NCBI GenBank assembly: GCA_041484665.1
Contig: JBGPIA010000002.1
Span: forward strand, 160,001-224,000
Length of the DNA: 64,000 nt
Source: Candidatus Krumholzibacteriia bacterium
GTDB taxonomy: Bacteria; Krumholzibacteriota; Krumholzibacteriia; JAJRXK01
Direction of reading: 5' to 3'
The notes beneath the pieces are model-generated. The model did no database searches and was not told the origin of the DNA. It saw nothing but the letters and a program-made list of their open reading frames with translations. The position numbers and the translations under genes are program-made. Within the stretch, counting starts at the first letter, position 1, and every line of letters starts with the position of its first letter. Positions 1 through 11,989 of this stretch are shown here, piece after piece.

Positions 1-1071
1 CTGCTCCTGCGCGGCCAGCCCGTGGACCTGGTGGTGGGCACGGACAACTACCGTCGCATCCCGGAGCTGGTGGAAGGGGTTTTACAAGACGGTGAGCCGC
101 GCTTCGACGTCTCCGCCGACGGCACCACGATCTACCAGGCCTCACCCGAGCGCGATCCGGTCCACAACACGCACTTCCTTTCCATCACCCAGGGCTGCGA
201 CTACCGCTGTACATTCTGCGTGGTGCCCGCCACGCGGGGCGTGCTGCGCTGCAAGGACCCCGAGGCCGTCGTCGCAGAGGTGCGGCGCGTGGTGGAGTCG
301 GGCGGGGTCGAGGTGACGCTGCTGGGGCAGAACGTCACGGCCTACCGCCATCCGCGGGCCGGCTTCGCCGACCTGCTGCGGCGGGTAGCCACGGTGGACG
401 GGCTGCGGCGCGTCCGATTCCTCACCAGCCACCCGACCGATATCACCGAGGAGACCCTGAACGCGATGGCGCAGGAGCCGGCGGTCTGTCCGTGGCTGCA
501 TATGCCCGTGCAGAGCGGCAGTGACCGGATCCTGCGGCGGATGAAGCGGGGCTACCGGCTGGCCGACTATTTGCAGGTGGTGGAGCGGGCGCGGGCGCTG
601 CTGCCGGGCGTCACCTTCTCGACCGACGTGATCGTGGGCTTCCCGGGGGAGACCGAGGAGGACTTCCAGGCCACCCTGGACGTGATGTCCACCGTGGGCT
701 ACGACTCGGCCTTCACCTTCAAGTACTCGCCCCGGCCGGGCACGCCGGCCTTCAAGCTGCAGGACGACGTACCGCCCGGCGAGAAGAGCCGCCGCCTGGC
801 ACGCCTCAACGCCCATCAGGAGGAGTTGTGGGAGCGGCGCTCCCGTGCTTTGATCGGGGAGCGTTGGGAGATTGCCGTGGAGGGCGAGGACCCCAAGGGG
901 CGCGGCCGGCTGGTGGGGCGCACCGCGAACAACCGCAAGGTGCTCCTGCCACGCGTGCCCGGCTGCGCTCGCGGCGATGAACTGCTGGCGCGGGTGGCCG
1001 GGGTCAAGGGCACCACGTTCCACGCCGAGCCGATCGGCGTGCTGTGGAAGTGGGATCGTGTGGCTGCTTAG
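1..1071 (+). CDS. miaB: tRNA-2-methylthio-N6-dimethylallyladenosine synthase (5' truncated)
   Basis: Radical SAM motif GCDYRCTFC, HMPVQSGSDRIL, TDVIVGFPGETEEDF, FKYSPRPGTPA and C-terminal TRAM-like region; the N-terminus lies outside the window. Confidence 0.92.
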   Translation: MLLRGQPVDLVVGTDNYRRIPELVEGVLQDGEPRFDVSADGTTIYQASPERDPVHNTHFLSITQGCDYRCTFCVVPATRGVLRCKDPEAVVAEVRRVVESGGVEVTLLGQNVTAYRHPRAGFADLLRRVATVDGLRRVRFLTSHPTDITEETLNAMAQEPAVCPWLHMPVQSGSDRILRRMKRGYRLADYLQVVERARALLPGVTFSTDVIVGFPGETEEDFQATLDVMSTVGYDSAFTFKYSPRPGTPAFKLQDDVPPGEKSRRLARLNAHQEELWERRSRALIGERWEIAVEGEDPKGRGRLVGRTANNRKVLLPRVPGCARGDELLARVAGVKGTTFHAEPIGVLWKWDRVAA

Positions 1072-1405
1072 GACGATCTTCGCGGTGGTGATCGCCGGCG
1101 TCTTCGTCGTGATCGCCCTGGAGAACAACGGGCCGCCGATGACGGTGCGCTTCTTCCAGCTGCGGTTCGAGAACGTCCATCCCTTCGTGGTGATCTTCAC
1201 CGCGTCGTTCCTCGGCTTCCTGGTGGGGCTGCTCGTGTGCGCCATCCGCGAGATCCGCCTGCGCATCGATCTGTCGCGCGTGCGCAAGGAGAACGCGCTC
1301 TTGGCCCGCGAGGTGGCCGACCTGCGCGCCGCGCCGTTGCGCGACCTGGACATTCCCTCGCCCGAGCCCGACACGCGGCGGTTGCGCAGCCGCGTCACAC
1401 CATGA
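1058..1405 (+). CDS. LapA/DUF1049-family small membrane protein (LPS assembly protein A-like)
   Basis: GTG at 1058 overlapping the miaB end; two hydrophobic segments flanking 'ALENN', then a coiled-coil tail; lies directly upstream of a LapB-like gene. Confidence 0.7.
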   Translation: MWLLRTIFAVVIAGVFVVIALENNGPPMTVRFFQLRFENVHPFVVIFTASFLGFLVGLLVCAIREIRLRIDLSRVRKENALLAREVADLRAAPLRDLDIPSPEPDTRRLRSRVTP

Positions 1406-2598
1406 GCGATCCGGTGTCCATGGGCCTGCTCGTCACCATCGCGCTCATCCTGATCGTGGTGGTGGCTCTGCTGTTCTCCGGCTCCAGCAGCAAGCAGAAA
1501 CCCAAGCGCGGCGCCAGCGAGGCCATGCACCTGCTGCTGTCGGGCGAGCGGGAGGCGGCCAAGCGCCTGCTCACCGACGCGGTGCGCCGCGGCGAGGCGC
1601 CGCCCGAGGCCTACCTGCGTCTGGGGGACCTGTTGCGCGCCGACGGCGACGCATCCCGGGCCCTGTCGTTGCACCAGGGGCTGCTCGCGCGGCCCACGCT
1701 CGACCCCGAGCTGCGCCGGCTCTGCGAGCTGTCGCTGGCCGACGACCTGCTGGCGCTGGGGCGCGTTCCGGAGGCGCAGCAGCGCCTGGCGCACCTGGAG
1801 CGCACGATGCGCGACGACGGGCTGCTGGCCCGACTCGCCACGGCGCTGCACCGCCTGGGCCGCGCCGACGAGGCGGCCGAGGTGCTGGAGCGGCGCGTGC
1901 GCCTGGGCAGCGAGACGGCTCGCACTGACGCCGCGCGCTACCTGGCCGAGATGGCGCGCGAAGCGCTGCGCGACGGCAAGCTCGAGACCGCCCACGACCG
2001 TGCGCGGCGCGCGCTCGCGCTCGATCCCAAAGTCGTGACCTCCTACCTGGTCGAGGGGGACCGGCTGCTGCAGATAAGCCGGGTCGAGGAGGCGGTCAAG
2101 ATCTGGCGGCAGGGGCTGCACGCCTGCGAGAACGCTGGCCGCTGGCTGCTCCCGCGCCTGGCGGAGGCCGCCTACCGCACGGGGAGGATGGACGCGCTGA
2201 TCGAGGAGCTGGAGGAGGAGCGCGCCTCCCGGCCAAAGGACGTCCATCTGTGGCGCGCGGTGGCAGACCTGCGGCTGCGCAGAGGTGACCTGGAGTCGTT
2301 CTTCGCGCTGGTGGAGAATCCACCCCATGCGGACGCCGCCGACCTGAGCTTCTGGGCGGGCTGGCTGCGGCACCTCAGCGCTCTGGAGAATCCGCGCCAC
2401 CTCAAGCGCTTGCTGCGCTCGCTCCCCGACAGCTCGGCACCCGGACGGTTCCGCTGCGCCACGTGCGGCGCCCTGGACGCGGAGCCGCGCGTGGCGTGCG
2501 TCAAGTGCGGAGCGTGGACCCCCCTGCAGGAGGCCGACGAACGGGCTTCGGCCGGTGCCCTGGCGCCGCCCGCGCGCGAGCCCGCCGAGGCCACGTGA
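1402..2598 (+). CDS. LapB/YciM-like TPR protein with N-terminal TM and C-terminal rubredoxin-like motif
   Basis: ATG at 1402 (ATGA overlap); TM helix, TPR-like repeats (AYLRLGDLLRADGDASRALSLHQGL), C-terminal CATCG...CVKCG. Confidence 0.72.
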   Translation: MSDPVSMGLLVTIALILIVVVALLFSGSSSKQKPKRGASEAMHLLLSGEREAAKRLLTDAVRRGEAPPEAYLRLGDLLRADGDASRALSLHQGLLARPTLDPELRRLCELSLADDLLALGRVPEAQQRLAHLERTMRDDGLLARLATALHRLGRADEAAEVLERRVRLGSETARTDAARYLAEMAREALRDGKLETAHDRARRALALDPKVVTSYLVEGDRLLQISRVEEAVKIWRQGLHACENAGRWLLPRLAEAAYRTGRMDALIEELEEERASRPKDVHLWRAVADLRLRRGDLESFFALVENPPHADAADLSFWAGWLRHLSALENPRHLKRLLRSLPDSSAPGRFRCATCGALDAEPRVACVKCGAWTPLQEADERASAGALAPPAREPAEAT

Positions 2599-3631
2599 GC
2601 GCGCGCCCGTCGGCCCGCCTGGCGTTGGGCGCGGTCGCCGGTGGACTCCTGCTGGTGGGCATCGCCCTGGGCGATGACCTGCGCGCGCGGGTCGAGGGCC
2701 TGGTGCGCCGCACCCAGTACGACCTCGCGCTCGGCTTGCTGGAGGACCGCGCAGCCCACGAGGCGTTGCCGCGCGACCTCGTCTGGATGCGGGCGCGGTT
2801 GCTCCCCGACCCCGACGCCTTCTTCGACAGCGCGCGTCGCGTGCGTGAGGACAAGGACCCCGCCGACACGCTCGCCCATTCCGTGGCCGTCGCCGTGGCG
2901 CGCGAGCACTTCGCCCGCGGCGAGTATCTGGCGGCCCTGCAGGACCTCGACGACCTCCCGCCCACGGAGCTGGCCGCGCGCCCCGCGGCGTTGGTGGTCA
3001 AGGGCATGGCAGCCGGTGCGCTGGGGCGCATGATGGTCGCTCGCGAGACGCTGGCGCAGATCCAGCGCGAGGACTCTGCCTTCGCCACTGCGCAGGTGCT
3101 GCTGGCCGGCCTGAGCCTGCGCACCGGTGAGAACGGGCAGGCGCTGGACTACGCGGACGCGGCGCTCGCGAGCGACGCGCACCGGGTGGGTGCGCAGGCG
3201 CTGTACGCCCGCTCGACCGCGCTCGACGCCCTGGGCCGAGCGAGCGACGCCACTGCAACCCAGCAACGTCTGGTGCGCGAGTTCCCGGGGAGCAGCGAGG
3301 CGGCGTGGGTGCAGGAGTCCCAGACCGCGCCCGGCCCGCCCGCCGCGGCCGTCCGCCCGGGCGTGCCCGAGGTCGAGACGCCGCCCAGCCGCGTCGATTT
3401 CGCTCTGCAGCTGGGCGCCTTCCACGACCGCGCGCTGGCGCTGCGGCTGGCCTCGCGGCTGGCGGGACAGCTCCTCGAGCTGCGCATCGAGCACGATGGC
3501 AGCGCGGCACCGCCCTGGTATCGCGTGGTGGGCGGCCGCTTCGCCACGCGACGGCTGGCGGAGGAGACGCTCGGCCGCCTGAAGGCGGCCGGGGTGAGCG
3601 GCATCGTGCTGGCGCCCGGGCAGGATGCGCC

Positions 3632-3635
<4 letters not shown>
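2595..3635 (+). CDS. Secreted TPR + SPOR domain protein
   Basis: Signal-like N-terminus, TPR-like helices (LVREFPGSSEA), C-terminal SPOR (FALQLGAF...WYRVVGGRF). Confidence 0.72.
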
Positions 3636-6304
<2,669 letters not shown>

Positions 6305-6528
6305 CCGTCTCGTCCTACTTGGCGGAAATCTTCTCCTATCTCGGCGGAAAGTACGTCCTCCAGAGCCGGCCGCTCCACCGGTCCGGACCCGGGCCGCCGC
6401 GGATCGCGCTGCCTCCACCGCGGTCCGGCCGCGCAGGTGGAAGCTGGCGTGGGGGTTGCTGCGCCCGCAGGGGGCCACTGCGGTGGCCCAGGGCCAAGGT
6501 CCACGCCCGGCGGCACGACAGAAGATCC

Positions 6529-8808
6529 ATGAGCCAACCCTCCCAGGGACTCACATTGGTGGCGTTGGTCGGAGCGGGCGAACCCGAAGTCCCCGTGCTG
6601 GCCGAGCTGCACCGCAACCCGCGCGTGCACATCATCGGGATCTACGATCCCGATCCCGCGGCGATCGGCCACGAGCTCGCGGAGATCCTCGGCCTGCGCC
6701 ACGCCTCCTCGGTCGAGTTCCTCGACCATCTTGCGTCGGCGCAGTACGTCGTGCTTCCGCGCGACCGCCACCGCTTCGAGGGAGCGGTGGCTCTGCTGAA
6801 GGATCGTGGCGCGCGGTTCCTGAACCAGCAGGAAGCGCTGACGCTGCTCGCGGCCGAGCCGGTCGTGACCCGGCCGCTCCCGCCCCAGGCACCGCCCCAG
6901 GCCGAGGAGCCGCTGGCGCGCCTGGAGGAGGCCATGCGCTGGCTCGAGCGGGCGCTGGATCGCGAGGAGCTGCTGCGGGCACTGTTGTCCATTGGCATCC
7001 AGGCCGCGCGCGCCGACAACGGATCGATCCAGCTGCTGGACCCGGCGACCTCCGAGCTCTACATCGCCTACGCCGAGGGGCTCAGCGACCACACGATCCG
7101 GAGCAGCCAGCAGAAGCTCGGCGAGGGGATCGCCGGCTCGGTGGCGGCGTCGCGCACCGCGCGCCTGATCCAGGGCGAGTCGGCGCAGCTGGGGCACCAG
7201 GACCGGCCCGACATCCGCAGCGCGATCTGCGTGCCGCTGGTGGACTCTGAGCGGCTGCTGGGCGTCCTCAATGTGTCGTGCGACGCGGGATCGCGCCGGC
7301 TGGAGCGCGCCGACCTCGACCGCCTGCTCGTGCTCGCGGCGCGCATCAGCCACGTGCTGGCCCGCCTCGTCGAGATCCAGGAGCTGTACGAGCGCGCGCT
7401 GGTCGACGATCTCGAGCGTGAGCTGGACCGCCTCTACCAGCTCGACGGCGATCTGGTGCAGAGCCTGGGCCTAGCACGCGGGCTGCTGCAGGACGTCAGC
7501 GGCGCGCGCAGCCTGACCCTCGTGCTGCTCACCCCCGACGGGCCCGCCTGCCGCATCGTGGCGCAGGCCCAAGGCGCCACCCGGGCGCACCGCGACGTGG
7601 ACCCCGCAGTGGGCATCCTGGGGCAAGCGCTGCTCACCCATGAGATCGTCGTGCTCGAGGAGAAGGTGCGGCCGGCGGGGGAGCGGCGCAGCCGCCGTAC
7701 GTCGGTGCTCTACGTTCCGCTGGGGTCTCCCGAGCCGTTCGCCGCATTGATCGCAGAGTTCGAGGGGCTCTCCGCGCTGGCGCACTTCCAGCGCGGGCTG
7801 GGTCACGTGCTGGCCGTGCTCACGCCGCGCGTGGGCGCGCTGCTCGCCCGCGAGGAGTCGCGCGGCCGCATCGCGCGCCTGCGCCAGCTCGCCACCGGGC
7901 TGAGCCGCCTCTCGGTGGCGGCGCCGGGTGAGCGGGCGCAGCTGGCAGCGGGGCTGCTGGCCGAGGTCTCGGGTGCGCAGGCCGTCGCGGTGTGGGACGC
8001 CCGCGGCGAGCGGCCCGCCGCCACCGTGTTGGCGGGGACGCTGGAGGGACGCGAGCTGGCGCCGCTGTGGACGACCTTGCGCGCGCGCTTGCGCGACGAT
8101 TCCGTATGCCGCATCCGCGAGGTCGATCCCCACGGCAGCGAGCTGACGTCGCTGCTGTTGGCCGGGGCCCAGGACGGGGCGGCGGTTGCCGCGATCAACC
8201 GCGCTGCGGCCGGTCCGCTGGATGAGATCGGCTTCCGCGACGAGGACCTCGATGCGGCGGGGCTGCTCCTGCAGGCGCTGGCCGGCGGGCGCTGGCCCGT
8301 CGCGCCGTCTGCGAGGGCACAGCGAATGGGGGCCACGTCTGCGTTTGGGCTCGTGCCGCCGCCTGCTCCGGCGCCGGCGCCAGCGGCGGCAGGGGAGTGG
8401 CCGACGAACCGTCAGCTCCTGCTGGAGTCCATCGAGCGCGAGCTCGCCCGCGCGCAGCGTTACCACTTCGGGTTCTCGCTCACCTGCTTCCAGGTCGACC
8501 TCCCGCACGCGCGGTGGGAAGCGCTCCGCAAAGCGGTGGAGGAGCGCGTGCAGGAGATCCGCCGCGCCACCGATTGCGTGCTCTGGATCGCAGCGCAGCG
8601 CTTCGTGGTGCTGGCGCCCGAGGAGGCGCGCGGGCAGCGCCTGCTCGCGCGGCGGCTGCAGAGTCAGCTGCAGCAGCTGCTCACCGACCTCGCGCCCGGC
8701 GCACCGGCAGAGGTGACCCTCGCGCACGCAGCCTACCCGCAGGACGGCGAGACTCCCGCAGAGCTGCTGGATGCGTGCGAGCGTCAGCTCCCGGCACCGC
8801 CGCCGTGA
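6529..8808 (+). CDS. Multi-domain signalling protein: Rossmann-like N-terminus, GAF domain(s), degenerate GGDEF
   Basis: ATG at 6529; VALVGAG...IGIYDPDP N-terminus; GAF (GEGIAGSVA, SAICVPL, LLGVLNV); C-terminal RELARAQRY...AYPQDG GGDEF-like fold with AAQRF in place of GGDEF. Confidence 0.75.
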   Translation: MSQPSQGLTLVALVGAGEPEVPVLAELHRNPRVHIIGIYDPDPAAIGHELAEILGLRHASSVEFLDHLASAQYVVLPRDRHRFEGAVALLKDRGARFLNQQEALTLLAAEPVVTRPLPPQAPPQAEEPLARLEEAMRWLERALDREELLRALLSIGIQAARADNGSIQLLDPATSELYIAYAEGLSDHTIRSSQQKLGEGIAGSVAASRTARLIQGESAQLGHQDRPDIRSAICVPLVDSERLLGVLNVSCDAGSRRLERADLDRLLVLAARISHVLARLVEIQELYERALVDDLERELDRLYQLDGDLVQSLGLARGLLQDVSGARSLTLVLLTPDGPACRIVAQAQGATRAHRDVDPAVGILGQALLTHEIVVLEEKVRPAGERRSRRTSVLYVPLGSPEPFAALIAEFEGLSALAHFQRGLGHVLAVLTPRVGALLAREESRGRIARLRQLATGLSRLSVAAPGERAQLAAGLLAEVSGAQAVAVWDARGERPAATVLAGTLEGRELAPLWTTLRARLRDDSVCRIREVDPHGSELTSLLLAGAQDGAAVAAINRAAAGPLDEIGFRDEDLDAAGLLLQALAGGRWPVAPSARAQRMGATSAFGLVPPPAPAPAPAAAGEWPTNRQLLLESIERELARAQRYHFGFSLTCFQVDLPHARWEALRKAVEERVQEIRRATDCVLWIAAQRFVVLAPEEARGQRLLARRLQSQLQQLLTDLAPGAPAEVTLAHAAYPQDGETPAELLDACERQLPAPPP

Positions 8809-8818
8809 CGGCGACCGA

Positions 8819-8847
8819 TTGACATGGCGCGCTCCTGCCGCTAGTCT
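8819..8847 (+). promoter_or_regulatory. sigma-70-type promoter for mutL-miaA
   Basis: TTGACA-N17-TAGTCT. Confidence 0.6.
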
Positions 8848-8933
8848 GGCGCCCGGAAGCGGCGGCCGGCGTCCGTCGCAACCACAAGCGCCGCAAGACT
8901 TTCCCTTCCGTACTTCCGGGGAGACTGAAGCCA

Positions 8934-10811
8934 ATGGCGAACGCCCTGGCGCAGCGCCGCCCTATCCGGCTCCTCGACCCGACCTGCGTGGAGCGGATCG
9001 CCGCGGGCGAGGTCGTCGAGCGCCCCGCGTCGGTGGTCAAGGAGCTGGTGGAGAACAGCCTCGACGCCGGCGCCACATCGATCGTCGTGCGTCTGCGGCG
9101 CGCGGGCCTGGAGGAGCTGGTGGTCGAGGACGACGGCGCCGGCATCCCCACCCGCGAGCTGCCCCTGGCCGTCGAGCGGCATGCCACGAGCAAGATCGCG
9201 GGCAGTGGTGATCTGGGGTCGATCGTGACCTTCGGGTTCAGAGGCGAGGCGCTGGCATCCGTCGCAGCGGTCTCGCGTCTGAGCCTGCGCTCGCGCGTGG
9301 CCGAGGAGGAGATCGGCGGGCGCATCGACCTCGTCGGCGGCCGCCTCGAGCAGCGTGAGCCGCTGGCGCGTCTGCCCGGGACCACCGTGCGCGTGGCTGA
9401 TCTCTTCTTCAACATGCCGGCGCGCCGTGCCTTTCTCAAGAGCGAGAGCTCTGAGCGGCGTATCGTGCTGCAGACGCTTACGGCGCTGGCCCTGGCGCAT
9501 CCAGAGGTCGCCCTGCGCGTGGAGGCCGACGGCGCCGTGGCGCTCGACCTGCCCGTCGCCCTCGATCTCGAGACGCGCGTGCACGGCCTGTTCGGCGCCG
9601 CAGTGTGCGAGCGGCTGCGCCGCTTCGAGGGGGAGGCGCAGCGCATCCGCGTCGCTGGCCTGACCAGCCTGCCCACCCACACGCGCGGCAATCGCACGGG
9701 GCAGTTCCTGTTCGTCAACCGCCGGCCGGTGTTCGAGAAGACGGTCGCCCACGCCATCGCCGCCGCCTATCGCGAGGTGCTGCCCGCCGGGCGGTTCCCG
9801 ACGACGGTGGTGTTCCTGGAGGTGCCGCCCTCGCGCGTGGATGTCAACGTGCACCCGGCCAAGGCCGAGGTGCGATTCCGCGACGAATCGGCCATCCACG
9901 AGCTCGTGCGCCACGCGATCCTCGACGCGCTGTCGCTGCGCCACGAGACGGCCCTGCCGACCGCACAGGCGGACGTGCAGCTGCAGGAGGTCGACCCGGG
10001 GCTCGACGGCGGGGCGCGCGCAGGGTCGCTCGCGCTGCACGCTCGTGGCGCGCCGGAAGCGCTGGCGGCCCGCCTGGGCGAAGACTCGACCGAGGGCTAC
10101 CCACGGGGGCCGCAGTGGAGCCGGCGCAAGGAGCGACCCACGCTCTTCACGCCGCAGCAATTGGCCGAGGGCCCTGGGCGCTTCACGCCGTCCGGCGCGG
10201 CGCCCGACCCGGGCGCGCTGATCACCGCTGAGTCGGCACGCGGCGCGGACCTTCTGTTCTGGCAGTTGCACAACACGTTCATCCTCACCCAGATCCGCGG
10301 GGCGTTGGTGATCGTGGACCAGCACAACAGCCACGAGCGGATCCTCTACGACCAGGGAGTCTCGTCGTTGGAGGGTCGGCTCCCACCGACGCAGCAGCTG
10401 CTGTTTCCCGCGACGCTGGAGTTGACGCCGGCCGAGCTGGAGACCTACGAGCTGCACCGCGGCCAACTCGAGGCGGTGGGTTTCTTCACCGAGCCCTTCG
10501 GCGGTAGCACGGTGCTGGTACGCGGGATTCCCGCCGAGCTGCGCAACTGGAACGACGGGGCGCTGCTGCGCGACCTGCTCGCCGAACTGGCCGACGCCGG
10601 CCGCACCGGACATAGCCCGCGCGAGGCGATCCTTGCCAGCTACAGCTGCCACGGCGCGATCCGCGCCGGGGAGCGGCTGACGCTGCCGGAGATGCAGGCG
10701 CTGATGGACCGCCTCTTCGCGACGCGCCTGCCCTACTCCTGTCCCCACGGCCGGCCGACGCTCATCCGGATCGGGCTCCCCGAGCTGGAGCGCCGTTTCG
10801 GGCGGCGCTGA
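8934..10811 (+). CDS. mutL: DNA mismatch repair endonuclease MutL
   Basis: IAAGEVVERPASVVKELVENSLDAGA, GFRGEAL, DVNVHPAK, endonuclease motif DQHNSHERILYD, CPHGRP. Confidence 0.97.
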   Translation: MANALAQRRPIRLLDPTCVERIAAGEVVERPASVVKELVENSLDAGATSIVVRLRRAGLEELVVEDDGAGIPTRELPLAVERHATSKIAGSGDLGSIVTFGFRGEALASVAAVSRLSLRSRVAEEEIGGRIDLVGGRLEQREPLARLPGTTVRVADLFFNMPARRAFLKSESSERRIVLQTLTALALAHPEVALRVEADGAVALDLPVALDLETRVHGLFGAAVCERLRRFEGEAQRIRVAGLTSLPTHTRGNRTGQFLFVNRRPVFEKTVAHAIAAAYREVLPAGRFPTTVVFLEVPPSRVDVNVHPAKAEVRFRDESAIHELVRHAILDALSLRHETALPTAQADVQLQEVDPGLDGGARAGSLALHARGAPEALAARLGEDSTEGYPRGPQWSRRKERPTLFTPQQLAEGPGRFTPSGAAPDPGALITAESARGADLLFWQLHNTFILTQIRGALVIVDQHNSHERILYDQGVSSLEGRLPPTQQLLFPATLELTPAELETYELHRGQLEAVGFFTEPFGGSTVLVRGIPAELRNWNDGALLRDLLAELADAGRTGHSPREAILASYSCHGAIRAGERLTLPEMQALMDRLFATRLPYSCPHGRPTLIRIGLPELERRFGRR

Positions 10812-10824
10812 CGCCGCGCGCGCC

Positions 10825-11799
10825 GTGGCCGCGCCGCAGGACGGAGTGCCCCCGCGCCCGCGGCGCCGCTTGGTGGCGTTGGTGGGCCCCACCGCTGCGG
10901 GGAAGACCGAGCTCGCGCTGCGCACCGCGCAGCGCGTTGGCGTGCGCGTCGAGGTCGTGTCGCTGGACTCGCGACAGCTCTACATCGGCCTGGACGTCGG
11001 GACGGGCAAGCCTACGGCGCCGGAGCGCGCGCGCCTGCCGCATCACCTGCTCGATCGCATCGCGCCTGCCGAGACGTTCACGGCGGGCCGCTACCGCCGC
11101 GAGCTGGAAGAGCTCTTGCCGGCGCTGTGGGGCAGGGGAGTGGTGCCGCTGCTGGTGGGGGGAGCCGGCTTCTACCTGCGCGCCGCTGCCGAGGGGTTCA
11201 TCGCCGTACCGGACGATCCGGTCCGGCTGCGCGAGGTCCGCCACGGCCTGGTCGCGCTTGCGACGGACGAGCTGCGCGCGCGTCTGTCCAGCGCGGATCC
11301 GGCGAGCGCTGCGCGCATCCACCCCAACGATCGCTACCGCCTGCAGCGAGCGCTGGAGATCTTGGAGCTCACAGGGCAACCGGCCTCGCGCTGGAACGCG
11401 CAGTTCAGGCCGCACCCCGTGCACGGCGCGCAGCTGTGCGTCGTGCACCTGAGCCCGCCGCGAGCAGTGCTCCACGAGCGCATCGCCGAGCGCGCTGCGC
11501 GTTGGTTGACAGGGGGCTGGTACGAGGAGGTCCAGGCCCGGCTCGGCGAGGGCTTCGCACCCGACTGCCCCGGACTGCGCATGCTGGGCTACCGCGAGGT
11601 CGTGGAGTGGGTGCTGGGCCGACGCGACCGCGAGCAGACACTGGCGCGCGTGATCGTCAGTACGCGGCGCTACGCGCGGCAGCAGGAGACCTGGTTCCGC
11701 AAGCAGCCCGCGGTGGCACGCGGCGACGCAGTGCAGGCCGATCTGGAGACCGTGCTCGTGCGCGAGCTGCACGAGGCGGGGCAGGGGGGCACGCCTTGA
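10825..11799 (+). CDS. miaA: tRNA dimethylallyltransferase
   Basis: GPTAAGKT, DSRQLY..LDVGTGKP, IHPND, RYARQQETWFR; follows mutL. Confidence 0.95.
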   Translation: MAAPQDGVPPRPRRRLVALVGPTAAGKTELALRTAQRVGVRVEVVSLDSRQLYIGLDVGTGKPTAPERARLPHHLLDRIAPAETFTAGRYRRELEELLPALWGRGVVPLLVGGAGFYLRAAAEGFIAVPDDPVRLREVRHGLVALATDELRARLSSADPASAARIHPNDRYRLQRALEILELTGQPASRWNAQFRPHPVHGAQLCVVHLSPPRAVLHERIAERAARWLTGGWYEEVQARLGEGFAPDCPGLRMLGYREVVEWVLGRRDREQTLARVIVSTRRYARQQETWFRKQPAVARGDAVQADLETVLVRELHEAGQGGTP

Positions 11800-11824
11800 C
11801 ACCGCCGCGGGCGGTTGCTAGGTT
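11796..11824 (+). promoter_or_regulatory. sigma-70-type promoter for tRNA-Gly
   Basis: TTGACA-N17-TAGGTT with extended -10 TG. Confidence 0.6.
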
Positions 11825-11852
11825 CGCGGACTCGCCCCAAGGGCATTGCGGA

Positions 11853-11928
11853 GCGGGCGTAGCTCAGTTGGTAGAGCATCAGCTTCCCATGCTGAGGGTC
11901 GCGGGTTCGAGCCCCGTCGCCCGCTCCA
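11853..11928 (+). tRNA. tRNA-Gly(CCC)
   Basis: GCGGGCG acceptor stem, anticodon arm TCAGC-TTCCCAT-GCTGA, GGTTCGAGCCC T-arm, encoded CCA. Confidence 0.96.
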
Positions 11929-11989
11929 TCCCCGCGTCCCACGCGCCAACCCCGCCCGCACCGCCGCTGGGCTCATCCGAAGGGCCGTG

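Noticed and set aside
142..2400. Long antisense ORFs (e.g. 142..2400, 8841..10925, 31925..34555, 38141..39925, 54685..56661)
   Set aside because: Antisense shadows of recognisable genes, expected from stop-codon scarcity at very high GC; no motifs
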